Source: Yuukianura sp. NJ FZ-2021 (taxonomy: Eukaryota). Taken from it: a DNA stretch of 64,000 bases. The position numbers and the translations under genes were made by a program. How positions within the stretch are numbered: the first letter of the stretch is position 1; every line of letters begins with the position of its first letter. Below the pieces are notes generated by a model. That model was given only the letters and a program-made list of their open reading frames with translations, made no database searches and was not told the DNA's origin. Positions 40,046 through 53,160 of the stretch are shown piece by piece. Where the stretch lies: contig CM102284.1 in NCBI GenBank assembly GCA_046563655.1, positions 5,766,001-5,830,000 on the forward strand, given 5' to 3'.

Positions 40046-42731
40046 ATGGTAATTAGATATCAATTAAATTATTAAAATTAAATTAGTTTTGTTAAAATCT
40101 TAATCTAATTATTTTCAGTTGCTGTCACGCGCAAGACCGGAGGAACGTCAAGCAGGAAGTACTGATAGTGGAAACGGCAATCCAGCATCCAGACTACCAA
40201 AGTTGGAAGATTTCCTTAGCAAGCGGGACTTCGTTGGAGCTCTGACTTTGCTTGAGGTAAGAAATCCAATTCAGCGTATTCGTAAACGAGTTTGTGCGTT
40301 TTCGAAAACTTTGAAAACGTTTTCGAAATTGCTTTTGATTTTTTTCTAGTTTCTAAAAAGCATTCCAGCGGATCGTCACCAAGAAGGCGGAAATGTCATC
40401 ACGTCGGCTGCTGCTGCTCGACTCATTCCTTACTGTGCTTTTCATCTTGGCGACTACCAAAAAGCCTTGAACGACTACTTGACAATCGCACAGGTAAAAT
40501 ACCAAGTACAAAACATGAAACCTAAAATGAAATGATTAACGTAGGTGAGTGAAGATGACGACATGACGAGAACAACATGGCTGAACGCAGCTTGCTGCTA
40601 CTTTTCGCTTGGAATGTACTCAGAAGCACTGGAAGCCACTGAGAAAGGGAAGCCCTCTGACCTCCAGACAAGGCTTCTATTTCATTTGGCCCATAAACTG
40701 GAAGATGACGATCGACTCATGGAAATCCATGAGACATTGGCTGACAACCTGGAGAATTCACTGTCTCTAGCGTCAGTCCACTACTTAAGAGGAGACTTCC
40801 AGAACTCAATTGACATCTACAAAAGAATTCTCATCGATAACAGGTCAGCCACAGTTTGGTCAATCGCTGGCAGCGATTCGCTGATGCTTTATGACCTTCC
40901 GCTTCATCCTGCTTCACTTCCTTTTTCCAGCGAATTGACCTTGGGCCATGACTTCTTTGATGCTGACGACGACATACAGTTGGACATGTCTGACCATTTG
41001 CAAGGCCTTATCAAATCACGCTGCCGAAAACAGCTTACGCTTATTCAAATGCTTCTAAAGAACAAGTTTGCACTGAAAACTTCGCTTAAATGTGAATTCC
41101 ATTTTTGAAATTTTTCAAGTTTTATTTTAAAAATTTAAAATTTCAGAGAATACTTGGCCCTAAACGTGTACGTTGCACTCTGCTACCATCGCTTGGAGTA
41201 CTATGACGTATCTCAGGAAGTGCTTGCGGTGTATCTTCAGACGCATCCAGATTCAGCGATTGCTCTCAATCTTCGCGCTTGCAATACCTACAGACTGTAC
41301 ACTGGAAGCGCTGCAGAGAAGGAACTCAAGCCGCTTTTGAATTTGATGGTAAGAATTGTGACAATCGTGTCAAGGTCACCGTTTCACGAAATTTGTACTT
41401 GGTGTATTACTGAATTTCTAAGCATCATGAGGAACAGACGAAGCATGGACCATTTTCAAATGCTTATGACCTCATCCGGCACAATCTGGTTGTATTTCGA
41501 GGCGGTGAGGGGGCGCTGCAAGTGCTGCCGAAATTGGTCGGGGTCATTCCGGAAGCAAGACACAATCTCATAATTTACTACCTTCATCAAGTAATCAACA
41601 AATTCTCATTTCAGCATTAACTTTTGCTTTAAGTTTTCTGATTTAACTTCTTTTAATTTCTCATTTGCAGGATGACATCCGGAATGCTTACGAATTGGTC
41701 AAAGATGTCAAACCGAAAACAGTTCCGGAATACATTCTGCATGCTATCATCAACGTACTCTTGTCGCAGCAGAATCTAACAACTACCGTATGCGTAAGTT
41801 CAAAATCAAAGATTAATCGTAATTCTAATTAATGTAGAGATAGTATCAGACTTTTTATGCACTTAATTTTGTTCCAGCGGGAGTACATGTCCTTGGCCCA
41901 AAGTTACTACAACCGTATTGGGTCAAGCGATTCAGAACATGACTCGGTTTTCGGAAGACTGTGCATGGCCTCTGCTCATTTTCTAAATTCAAATTTTGAG
42001 CACTGTGCCCTGTACTTGAACTCTGTTCGAACCCACTACTATACTGACGATACTTTCAATTACAACTACGCCCAAGCCCTGGCCATGCTAAATCAATTCC
42101 AGGACGCTGAAACTGTTTTGTTGATGGTTCAGAGCGAAAAGCTCCGGAATGACTACACATACATGCAGTGCCTGGCTCGATGTTGTAAGTAGCAAACAAA
42201 GTATTTCTAAACTTTGTTCAAAAAAATTACAAGCTCCTGGTTTGCCTTCCAGTGATAATGAACAAGAAACCGAGAGTGGCTTGGGAAATGTACGAACGAA
42301 TGGATACTGGACCAGAGTCGTTTCAATTTCTATCGGTTTCACTCATAATTTTAGAATTCATTTGAAAAGTTGTCTAAATTGTTCTTCTTGTCTTTAGCTG
42401 ATTGCAAATGAGTGCTATCGTATGGGCCAATTCTACTACGCTGCAAAGGCGTTTGACACCTTGGAAAAATTTGACCCAACGCAAGAAAACTGGGAAGGCA
42501 AGAGAGGCGCATGCGTTGGTGTGTTTCAGCTCATAATTGCCGGTCACGAACCAAAGTAAGAACGACGTTAGCAATGAACTTGGAAGTGTCGATTCAATCT
42601 ATGAATTGTCTAAAAACAGAGAATCGCTGCCTGACATAATCACCTTGCTTCGTCGCTCTTCGAATCCCAACGTGGAGATAATCCTGTCGGTGATGAAGAA
42701 GTGGGCAAAAGACAATCAATTCAATCTCTAG
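40046..42731 (+). CDS. TTC26: Intraflagellar transport protein 56 (TPR protein 26)
   Basis: M|LLSRARP start, [62 protein letters not shown]. Confidence 0.93.
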
Positions 42732-42850
42732 GAAACTGGAACTGAAATACATACTGGAGAGAATCTAAGTAGAATGTTGACGAAGGTTTAGGATATGAAT
42801 TAAAAATGGGGTTTATTCAATCCAACCTTAGAAACGATCTACACATATTT

Positions 42851-43539
42851 TTAGTTACGGTTTTGCTGGGGCTTGTCTCCGGGACGAGAGAACCTTGGTG
42901 GCGGAGTTCGGATTCGTCGATCTTCCTTTGACCTGTTCCGTACGACTTTGGAGTGAATAGCGCATGAGACACAGTAGTGAAGCTTAGCGTAGAGTTTGGG
43001 AAGCTGATACTGAGGATAGACCGATGCTTCTGTAATATCTCGCACTGCTGCTGCTTCCACGATGTTCCGGATCACGAACTTCTTGATGGCCTTTAGAAAA
43101 AAAACAGTCGTAGAAACATTTGTCATTGTTTTCTCATGGTCAATTGATCAGAAAATGTTTAGCTGTCAATTACCTTATCTTTCGGCACACATCTAGCGCA
43201 GTTGGTACAGCGGACTGGCTTTACATGTCCACGGCCGTGCTTCGATCGTCCATTATTTCGTCGTTTCTGAGTCTGCAAAAACAAAATACATGAAAATTAC
43301 TTCGGCGAAGACCAAGTTTTGGATACTAAATTCCTTGTAATTTTGTAACAGTGTTTCGGCACATTTCAACTGACAATTTACAGTCAAATGCTTCTTTAAC
43401 TGTCTAATTATTTAGTTTCCCCCTTTCTAATTGAATTGGCACTGTTCAATGACATGTAAAAGGTCATTGCAGCGTGGCGATTGGGGACGTTAAAATTCAG
43501 TTCTAGGAACGTCCAAAGTAAGGCCAAATAACTTACCAT
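42851..43539 (-). CDS. RpS26: 40S ribosomal protein S26 (eS26)
   Basis: ATG-only first coding exon, [51 protein letters not shown]. Confidence 0.98.
43341..43488 (-). ncRNA. Candidate intronic box H/ACA snoRNA in RpS26 intron 1
   Basis: Hairpin 1 (TCCCC/GGGGA base, CGCTG/CAGTG, CAATGAC/GTCATTG), hinge AAATAA (ANANNA), hairpin 2 (ACAGT/ACTGT, GCATTT/AAATGT, GACTG/CAGTT), then ACA plus 3 nt, ~68 nt from the 3' splice site. Confidence 0.7.
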
Positions 43540-43626
43540 GATTACAACCGATACCGGAGTCTCTTATCCTTTTAATCTGGTGAATCGAATGATGTTAATT
43601 TATCAATCAATCGGTGTGAAAATACC

Positions 43627-43641
43627 GGAGAAGGAACAGAA
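43627..43641 (-). promoter_or_regulatory. Possible TCT / 5'TOP pyrimidine initiator of RpS26
   Basis: TTCTGTTCCTTCTCC ~90 nt upstream of the ATG. Confidence 0.4.
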
Positions 43642-44130
43642 TCCCAGTGATGAAACAAGAACAAGGCGGCGTGGAATTTGCAGGATACCTTATAACATAC
43701 GGTAGATTTTTAGTGGCGACTCGAACTGCATGAGTGAACGGCAGAACGAGTAAGTACTTTTGCAACACTTGGAATTTATCACAAGTCTCTTCTCTATCCT
43801 AGATGGCAGCAAGTACAGTCTGTCCAAATCGATCCTTTAAATTAAACAGCTGATACATTTTGCTAAAAACCAAAACATAACACAAATTGTGTAATTTTGT
43901 ATTGTGTTTAGACAGAAGGCACTTACGTTTACGTAACACGAACAGGCAATTCATCTAATCGATCACACTGAATAACGGGAACGGGACCAAAGAAGTCGCA
44001 ATTGACTTACTATAAGGTAGGTCACCTCTTGCCAGTCGCGATTTATGCCTAGTAATAGTAAACTTAACTGAGTTTTCAGGATCTGGAATTACGAAAGCAA
44101 GTGTGAATCGTTTTCGGGTATTCTTATAAG

Positions 44131-45160
44131 ATGAACAACATTGGTAACAGCATACCGGAGTCTTCCGCAACTGAACTTGAAGCCCAATTTATATTAAGAT
44201 TACCCGAGGTAAGTGATGAACTCTTGTCACTATGTTTTCTATTTCTGCAACTCTACAGTATCATCACGCCATGCCGTTTTTTTTCCAGGCTCCGGCAACA
44301 GTACTGCGTGACATATTGAAAAATGCTGGTTCAAGCCTCAAGGAAAGACTCAAAATCAAAATCGAAAATGACATGAGGCATGGAACGTTGTTTTTGGATG
44401 AATTTGTTCTACCGGGAAAGGTATGGGTGGGACACAAAGTTATGATCATTGTGACTAAGCTCCATTATGCTAACTTTGTAATTTGAAGAATTCATATTTT
44501 TCAGATAATGGATTTGCCATGTATTATCGAGTCACACAAAACAATTGACAGGAAGAACATTTACAAAACGGCGGACATTTGTCAAATGATGATCTGTACA
44601 GAGACGGAGGAGCCAGAAGAGGAATCTAAACCAATGAAGAAGAAAGACGGAATTCCGAAAGTTGACAAAAAGTATTTGTATCCTCATGGTATTACTCCTC
44701 CACTCAAAAATGTCCGTAAGAGACGTTTTCGTCGAACGCTGAAGAATAAGGTACAGAATTCCTGTGTTATAAATGCGAAGTATTAGTGCTGAAGTACATC
44801 AATGACAATCTCATAAGTGTTTTTCTTTTGTAGCAATACATGGACCAGCCGGAAATTGAAAAGGAAGTTCGACGCCTTCTCAGACAAGACTATGAGGCCC
44901 ATCATGTCAGTTGGGAAGTAATTGACGAAGAAGATGATAAGAAGGGCGAAGGTGGATCCAAGGACATCCTGATGCAAGGATCCAAAACCAACGAAGATCC
45001 GCATCCCGGGGCATCTGGAAAGATTGACGTTGAGCATATTTTTGGCGAAGCCCTTAGTGATTCCGATGAAGAAGAATACGGAGACGATAGTGAATTGGTA
45101 GACGATGACAGCAAGATGTCTATGCCAATGTCAGCTGAAGGATTAGAGGATAGTGTGTAA
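44131..45160 (+). CDS. TAF7: TFIID subunit 7
   Basis: [60 protein letters not shown]. Confidence 0.95.
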
Positions 45161-45244
45161 CTTTATTTATTTGTGTATAATAATGTAAATACTGTATAAA
45201 AATCTTTTGTTACCTTAATCGTAAAATAAACTGTGACCTAAGAT

Positions 45245-46084
45245 TTAGGAGGAATCATCAGAACTGGATTCACTGGAGCTATTGCGTCTTCGTTTCTTAC
45301 TTTTGTGTTTACTTTTCTTAGATTTTTTCTTTTCCTTCTTGCGTTTCTTGGATTCCTTGTGCCTCTTGCTCGATCGATGACTGCTTTCTGGTTCGGATTT
45401 GATTTGCTTCAGTGATGGATCGGGTGTATAGTCCAGCAATTGTTCGTCGTCTTCAAACCTTGAAGTGGAACTGGATGCTGCTGGTTGCGCTTTAGGGGCA
45501 CATCCTTCTTCCATCAACTTCCTAGTTTCATCATCGTATTTATCGGAATCCTTTGGTGGTTTGTAATCTTTTACATGATCAACTCGAATCGTCCGACTCA
45601 GGATCTGAAACGAAACATTATTCAGTGTTGTCCAGTGTGACCTTTGATACATTTGAACAAACCAGGATAAAAATCGTCAGCATACCTTGATACCATTGAA
45701 ATTATCCACAGCCAGTACTGTTGAACGCTGATCCTCATAACATAGAAAAGCAAATCCCTTTTGCTTTCCACTAACTTTATCACGAACCAAGTTAATGTTG
45801 ACAATTTCTCCATACTGTGAAAATATAGCGATGATGTCTCCTTCTGACAGGTCATACGGAAGTCCACCGATGAAAATCCATGCAGATTCTTTGTATTCGT
45901 CATGCCAAGATCCTTTGCCACTCTTCAGGCTCAGCTCCCGTTGGCTCAATTTAGTGATGTTTCTGGTATTCCTGAATCAAAAAAGATAAATATAGTGCTT
46001 CAATTGCATTGCCACTTTTGACCTCAAGCGAAAAAGTATCGGAATATTAAACGTTTTCACGGTAACTTACGTTAGCGGATTCAT
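45245..46084 (-). CDS. RBMX2: RNA-binding motif protein X-linked 2 (RES complex Snu17/Ist3 ortholog)
   Basis: MNPLT start, SWHDEYKESAWIFIGGLPYDLSEGD, FLCYEDQRSTVLAVDNFNGI, RTIRVDHV. Confidence 0.95.
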
Positions 46085-46833
46085 TAGTTGCTCTGTAATT
46101 GGACGTGGTTAAAATAATTACTCCTGGAATAAGCTTCCTCCTTGACTACTAAACAACGGGAATGGCGATGTCAAAAACAAATTAATATCAACTTATAGTA
46201 ATGCAAAATCAAAATCTACTGATTGATTGATAACAAAACTAAATGTTAAAATTAACGAATCTAAAGTCATAAAAACAATCAACCAAAATGTAAAGATGAG
46301 CAGCTGATTTATGAAATGACAGAACCGAAAAAAAAAGTTAGTGCCGAGTGTCGACGCCACATAAAGTATTAAATTTCTCAACATGCTTTTAAACGCGAAG
46401 AAGTAAAATTTTCCTCCCATGTATTTTTCCTATCTCATTCCCTATCTCTCACAATGCAAATGATTCTCAATCCTCCCTAGAAAAGCACGAGAAGAAAAGT
46501 AGTAATTTTTATTTGACGTGCACGTTATAGCAATGTCTTTTTTTTTTTTTATGTCCGGGGAAGATTAATTGACTCACTTATTAAATTATTGTCAACGTAA
46601 CTCAATTTAAAACGAAGCTGTTTGAAAGATGCATGATATGCACGATGCAGTTCAACAAGTTTTAGTTTTGTAAGTAAAAATGGTTGGATTGCTTGATTTC
46701 GTGAAGCTGTTGTACAGAACTAAAATTATTATGGAATCAAACAAATATTACAAGAATGAGTAGCTATTCTTGGCATATAACTAAATTTAAAATTAAGATT
46801 CTAAATTGAATTGAATAGTTAATTGACTCCAGG

Positions 46834-49800
46834 AATGGCGAGTACAAGCAAAGTGGAAGTGAGGATATCGATTTCAAACATTCAAAATTCAGGCGTTACA
46901 CAAACCAAAGGTCAGAATGAGGCAAATCCCGTTGTGCAATCCTCAGGTCAAAGGCCAGAAACACCGCAAACTGGAACCACAACGTCAGTGAGCTCTTCAG
47001 CTTCCGCATCTTCCGCAGACAATTCGGCTCAAGCAAACTCATCAGCGTCAGTTCAAGTTCAACTGTTATATAACAAGGATCAAGAAAAAGTTGTCAAATC
47101 TGCTTCAGAACCTACTACAACGCAGCAAAAGCAACTCAAAGTTCCTGTCAAATCCGCTTCAGAACCTACTGCAACACAGCAAAAACAACTCAAAGGTCAA
47201 AAAAGTCCAGGTCAAGTTGACCAAAGCCAAAAAGGTCAAAAAGGTAAAGGTGCAACGTCATTCAAAATAAAATCGTTGTAAAATTTGTGCTAAATTTGAG
47301 CAAGGAAACTGAAATTCCAAATGTTTTTATTCGATTTTTTAAATTATTAGGAAACGATGCGAAGCCGGAGCGCGTTTCGCCTCAAACGAAAGGAAAAGGT
47401 CTGAGGAAACACAACAAGTTTAATTAAAAATTTCGCAATTAGGAATAAGTTACTTTAAAAAACGTGACCTTTGACATCAAATTGTTAGAACAAGAAAAAC
47501 CTTCAGGCTTGGACAAAACCGGAGTTGCTCTGTCAGATTTACCGCGCTATAAAGTCGGTAAGTGTGTTGTCGATTGGAACAAATTAAAATTTTTAGTTTC
47601 GACATTTCTCTGGATTTGCAGAAGATCCTGGAACAACTCCGCAGGTTTATGATCCACAGTTCAAAAACGATGCTTCTCGGCCAGGAACAGTATGGGATGA
47701 CACCAAATCCCCTGCGCAGACTCAGAAGAGTCCAAATTCCAATAAGATTCCAGTGCCCATGACAAGTACAGGTCAACCTGTCGAATCCAAGGGGTCAACA
47801 GAACCACCTAAACAACAGCCTGATCCGTCCAAGTTTCCAACCCCAAATGCTGCTGCCTCATCTCAGCCACCACCAACAAATGACTCCAAATTAACAAAAA
47901 AGAACTCCAGTGAAACACCAGCAGTTGGATCCAAGTTAGCCAAGAAGAATTCCAGCGAACCTAAACCGAAGAATGTGCCAGGATTCCCCAAAAATCGAAC
48001 TCTCGGCAAATCAGCGTCAAATCCCGAATCCAAACGTCGCAGTTTAGAAGTTCTTGGGACAAATTCAGGTCAACCGGCAGATCCAAAGGAAGGAAACCTA
48101 TCCCAAGCGTCACCAAAAGAAAAACTTGATCGTCCAAAGCCTCCTCGTCAAAATTCTGGTGAACAGTCGACTGAAGCATCACCAACTTCATCGAAGTTGC
48201 CAATAAAAATTCCCAAAGGAACCAATGCGAAGACTCCAGCCCAAAGCGAATCAGCGTCAAGTCGATCATCAAATCCCAATACCAAAACTACTGGTTTCGA
48301 AACGCCTGCGGAAAGCTCAAGTCAATCTGCCGGATCAACAAGGTCACCAAAAGAACAGCGTACAGGTCAAAAGTTTCTTACGGGAAATGCTGGCTCGACT
48401 CAGCCAGCATCATCAACTGAGTCCAAGTTAGCCGCGGAGACTCCCAGTGAAAGTCTAACCCTCACCGAATCCAATTCAAGTCCATTCACAGTTCCCGACT
48501 CCAAGCGTCCTAAAAAACCTAATCTTGGTAACGCCCTTTGGAAACAAATAATTTTTTAATTTTGGAAGTGAAGGTCAAAGGTCAAAACTATTTAAAAAAC
48601 GCGTTTTCTAGGAACAGAGCCTTCCAAGTCCGATTCTCAAGAAAGTATATGGACCAAAATAAGCAGGAATGACGCAGTAGAAACAAAAGGCGACAAAAAT
48701 GCAAAAAGGCAACTTGGAAATTCCAAGGAACGTCCTGGAGTGGACGCTGAAACGAACACTGCCAAGCGTACTGAAAGAGTCTCATTCGACGGAGCTGACA
48801 AAAAAAGTCCAAAACCCGGTACAAATTGAGTTCTATACAAACAATTAAATTTTGAAAATTCAAAAATTGTGTTTTTGAATTTTGAATTTCGTTAACAGGT
48901 AAAACCTCCAACGGAAAAAACTTGGCTGACACGGCTCGTAAAAAACGAGGTTCTCACGACAATACACACTTTTTGGACGAATGCGCAGGCGAAGAAGCTG
49001 AGGTCGACGAAGGTGAAACGTCAAGAAATTTTGAAAAATGTTAAACCATTTGAACAAACTAGCTAATTCCTAGTTTTTCTGATTTAAAGATGCTGTTCGA
49101 GATTTTCTAGACTCGAATCCCATATTTCTGAATTCCTTTGTGGATGAATTTGTTGACCGCACAACAATTTTAAACTGGATTCATTGCAAATCTCCTCCAA
49201 CTGACAAGGGAAAGAAACGCAGAGGGTCAAAAGGTCAAGGAGGAGATGCAGTGGCTAAAGACAAAAGGAAAACAGAGAAAAGAAAATCAGTTGAAGCTGA
49301 GACAGAAACGACTGACGCCGCCTCGAAAGTTGACGAAAGGAAAAAATCCAAGAAACGAAATGACGCTTCTGAAACTGAAGAAACGACAGCGTCAGAATCA
49401 GTGTCAGACTCTGAGATTGACAATAAAAAGTTAAGCGAAAGAAAAGAGAAACGGAAGAACTCTACTGAAGATCCGGAAACGCCAGAAACACCGTCAATCA
49501 CTGACATTAACGACATTGACAGCGAGAAATCAAAGACAAAGAAGCGTAACAGTGGTAGCCAAGCCGTAGATGATGATGATAATGATGAAGCAGAGAAGAC
49601 ACCCTCAGAATCTGACGTTAACATTAGCAACATCTCGAAATCTACCAAAAACAAACGGGATGACGACACTGAAACTCCGGAAACTACGTCAACCACTGAC
49701 ATCAACGACAAAAAGGAGTCACGGAAAAACAAACACAAGCGAAATAGCAAAACTGAAACTGCTGAACCGGCAGACGCTGAGCCCAAAGACAGAAAAAAGT

Positions 49801-51038
49801 CCAAAAAAAAGAAACATCGTAAAGCCGACGACACTGACAGTGACGCTGAAGCTGAAACAGACGCCGATACAGATGAAAAAAAGGAACGTGATGCTGATAA
49901 CCAGAATGCTTACGAAGATGACAACTGCGACTGCCACCCTCAACCTCTACCATACTTTTCCGCTTGTGTCGGCAACGTCGCTATTCCAATTCCGTGTCCT
50001 CGTCCACCTCAGCAGTGTGCTCCGCCGCCTCGGTATTCAACGCCAAATCATTTTTGGACTAAATGTTTCCCTTCAAAATTAAAATGTTGTTTCTATAGGC
50101 CCAAAAAGTGCAAAACCCACGGTCGTTCCAAAGGCCACCATCGAAAAAAACAAGAGCGAAGTCCTGACGACGAAGGTGACAAAGACGAGGACGACACGCC
50201 ACGACGTTCCAAAAAGGATCACCGTAAAGAAAAACGACGTACTGAAGAAGACACCGCGGACGACGATGATCCACCCGCCAAAAAGCAGCATCGCAAAGAA
50301 AAAGAGCGTAGCGATGAAGATGCTGAAGACGACGAAGATCCGCCGCGTCGTTCTAAAAAGCACCACCATAAGGAAACACAGCGTAACGATGACGATACCG
50401 AGGATGAAGACGATAAGCCGCGGCGTTCCAAAAAGCACCACCGTAAGAAAAAACAGCGTACAGACGAGGATACTGAGGAAGATGATGACAGGTTAGCTTC
50501 TAAATTTTTTCTTGGTAGTTTAGCTTTCTGTAAACTTCTAAAATTTGTGGAATCCGTTAACAGCCGGACTTCAGGCGCAAAATCTTGGAGTGATTCGAAG
50601 TCGCAGGCAACAGAGACAACAGAAGCTCCACACAATTGTGGTCCAGCTCAAGCCGACAGAAACTGGAAACGGGGAAAGAAAAAGTGCCCTGCTGGAGGTG
50701 CTGGAGCTCGTTGTTCTCAACCAATGATGAACGATGCAGAAATTGAGTGCTTCAAGAATCTGTACGGAATTGACCTCCGACAGGTTCGGCTCTAACATGG
50801 TAATTTGGAGAAAGGTTGACCTTGACCCGAAGTCATAATTATAATTTGACCTCACTAACAGTGCCAAGCAGTTTGCTCCTCTTGGGCTTGTGATGTCGCA
50901 CTTCAAGAGACGCATAACATGACCGAGCAGGAACTGGACAATTTTGAGAACCTTTTCAATCTAGACCTGCGTGAATGCCTGGACAGATCAATCCAGTCTT
51001 TACGAAATTCCAGATTTCAAAATTCAAGATTTTTTTAA
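46834..51038 (+). CDS. Large multi-exon low-complexity protein of unknown function
   Basis: ORFs at 46823, 47753 and 49140 linked by GT-AG introns; S/T/P/K-rich then D/E/K/H-rich repeats; final exon 50862-51038 ends RFF*. Splicing of the small middle exons is only partly verified. Confidence 0.6.
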
Positions 51039-51103
51039 TAATACAATCCAGATTTAACTAAAATCGTTCAAAATTTTATTGATTACCTTTCAGCTTAAAT
51101 TGC

Positions 51104-53160
51104 TTACGTAAAATCAGAAGTAGTATCGTTTTCATCCTCATCTTGTCTCAGAGAGAGATGATTCCTGTCGGGAACTTCCTTCGGTTCAAAGATGGCTTCA
51201 ATTTCACCTGAATTCAAATTTCTTGTTTCTGGAACACAGAAAATGACAAAGAAAACCGACAAGAAAGAAATTCCAGCGTAGAACCAAAACGTTCCATAAG
51301 TGTCAAAGACGTCAATCATGTTTAAAAACGTTTTGACAGCAACAAATTGACAGCACTGACAAAATCCAATTGCAATTGCCGATGAAACTCCACGCATGTC
51401 ATTTGGAGACAACTCAGTTACCAGGAACCTAAAACCAAAATTGAAAAAAATTGACCTTTGACCTGACATGCTTAGTTGTAACTAAAAATCGCAAATGTTT
51501 ACCAAGGAATGACTCCGATTCCAAAGCTGAAAAACGAAATGTAGGTAAGGAGACAGGCCAGTGGCACCCATTCTAGGCTCTGTGAATTCAGTTCCACAAT
51601 GATACTGCGACTGAACTCGGTAGAATTTCCAGTATCTCCAGCCATCACTTCGCGCAAGTAAAAATATCCACCAAGGACTCCAGTAGAAAGACTCATCAGA
51701 AGACCTAAAGTAAACAAAAACGATTTTTTTTTGTGAAACATTTCGCTTTGTGGTGCATAAAAACTTACCAGAAGAAATTAGAAGGACTCGGCGTGGAAAA
51801 AACTTGACAAGGAATAGAGCCATGAATGCCGAAAACGCACGAACCACTCCGATTGCAATCGTTTGCAGGGAATCATCCAGCCAGTTGTTGGCGTAGTTGA
51901 AAATCAGCGTAGCGTAGCAAATAATCCTGTAGTGACAATTTTTATAAACGTTTACATGTAACAATTTTCAGTTAATTCAATTTGTTAAGTACTCACGGGT
52001 ATATTCCAGAGAATTGTTGAAAAATGAACATGATGCATCCAATTGCCAAAGGTTTGAGGACAGCCATGTCCGTAAATCTTGAACAAGATCTTGAAAATGA
52101 ATTCCGCCTCACCCGTTCCTTCAGATACTGAAGTCGCATACATTCCTGTTCAGCTTCTTCACGATCGTTCCGGAGCCACGCTAAAGATCTGAGTGCTTCT
52201 GGTTGTCTCCCTAGGTTAATCAAATTATCAAAAATTATGATTCTATTGATTGATATTGCCGATTAACGGAGCGATTAACATACCTTTGGCTATGAGCCAA
52301 ACCGGGCTTTCTGGTAAACACAAAGTGTAAATAAGCACAAAGATAGGAAAGAAGCTGCAGATGTAAGCAGCAGTGTGCCAACGACTGATGCTACCCACGC
52401 AGTAAATACAAAGAATTCCAAGAGAAACCATCAGCGTCGGAAGTGATCCAGCGACGCCACGAATGGTCGGAGAAGTAACTTCACAAATGTATACCTGCGG
52501 AGTAAATTTCAAAAATCGGAACAATTTTCTTCTAAAACCTTCAACATTTTGTTTGAATATTCGAACATGCATCAAGAAACAGTTCGAACCTGAACAGCAG
52601 AACTGTAAGAACCAGAAGCCAACCCCGTGAGGACTCGGCCCATCAAAATTTGCCTGCAATTCAAACTAAACGCTGAAAATACTTCGGAACACTTTTTAAA
52701 ATTAGAAGAATTAAAGCAGATAAATGTTAAAAGTGAACTTTTACATTAGCGTTTCAGCACGGGCAATACAAATCCATCCAACACAAAATACAACTGATGC
52801 CACGATGATCGTTTTCTTACGGCCAATCCAATCAGACAAGAATCCACCGAAGAGTGCACCTAGTATGCAACCGATGTAAACCAAACTAGCAACCCACGAC
52901 AGATCGTCATGCGTCACTCTAATCTCCGACTCTTCATCATTCATCAGTTCTGGAATTGTGAACGAAGAGTATCCCATGATCGTTCCAGTTGCAAACAAGG
53001 ACAGTGTTACCCCCGCCACAGTCAGCACCTTCAAATCAATTTTCAATTAGTTAGTTGCTAACATCTTGAAAAATTTGTGAAATCAGTGACATTAACGTAC
53101 CTGGTTCCGGTGGTGGAGGTAATCCGCCCGCTCAATAAGCGGAATCTGTTCTTTCCTCAT
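51104..53160 (-). CDS. Tret1-like MFS sugar porter (paralog a)
   Basis: DWIGRKK, YICEVTSPTIRG, PESPVWL, QQFSG, IPW, VPETR motifs. Confidence 0.9.

Noticed and set aside
40545-40550. AG|GTGAGT as a recursive splice site in TTC26
   Set aside because: Flanking intron is tiny and the sequence simply encodes V-S at the start of a needed exon
46521-46535. Possible X-box upstream of the large protein
   Set aside because: Only a degenerate half-site
49235-50635. Long antisense and alternative-frame ORFs
   Set aside because: By-products of low-complexity coding sequence on the + strand
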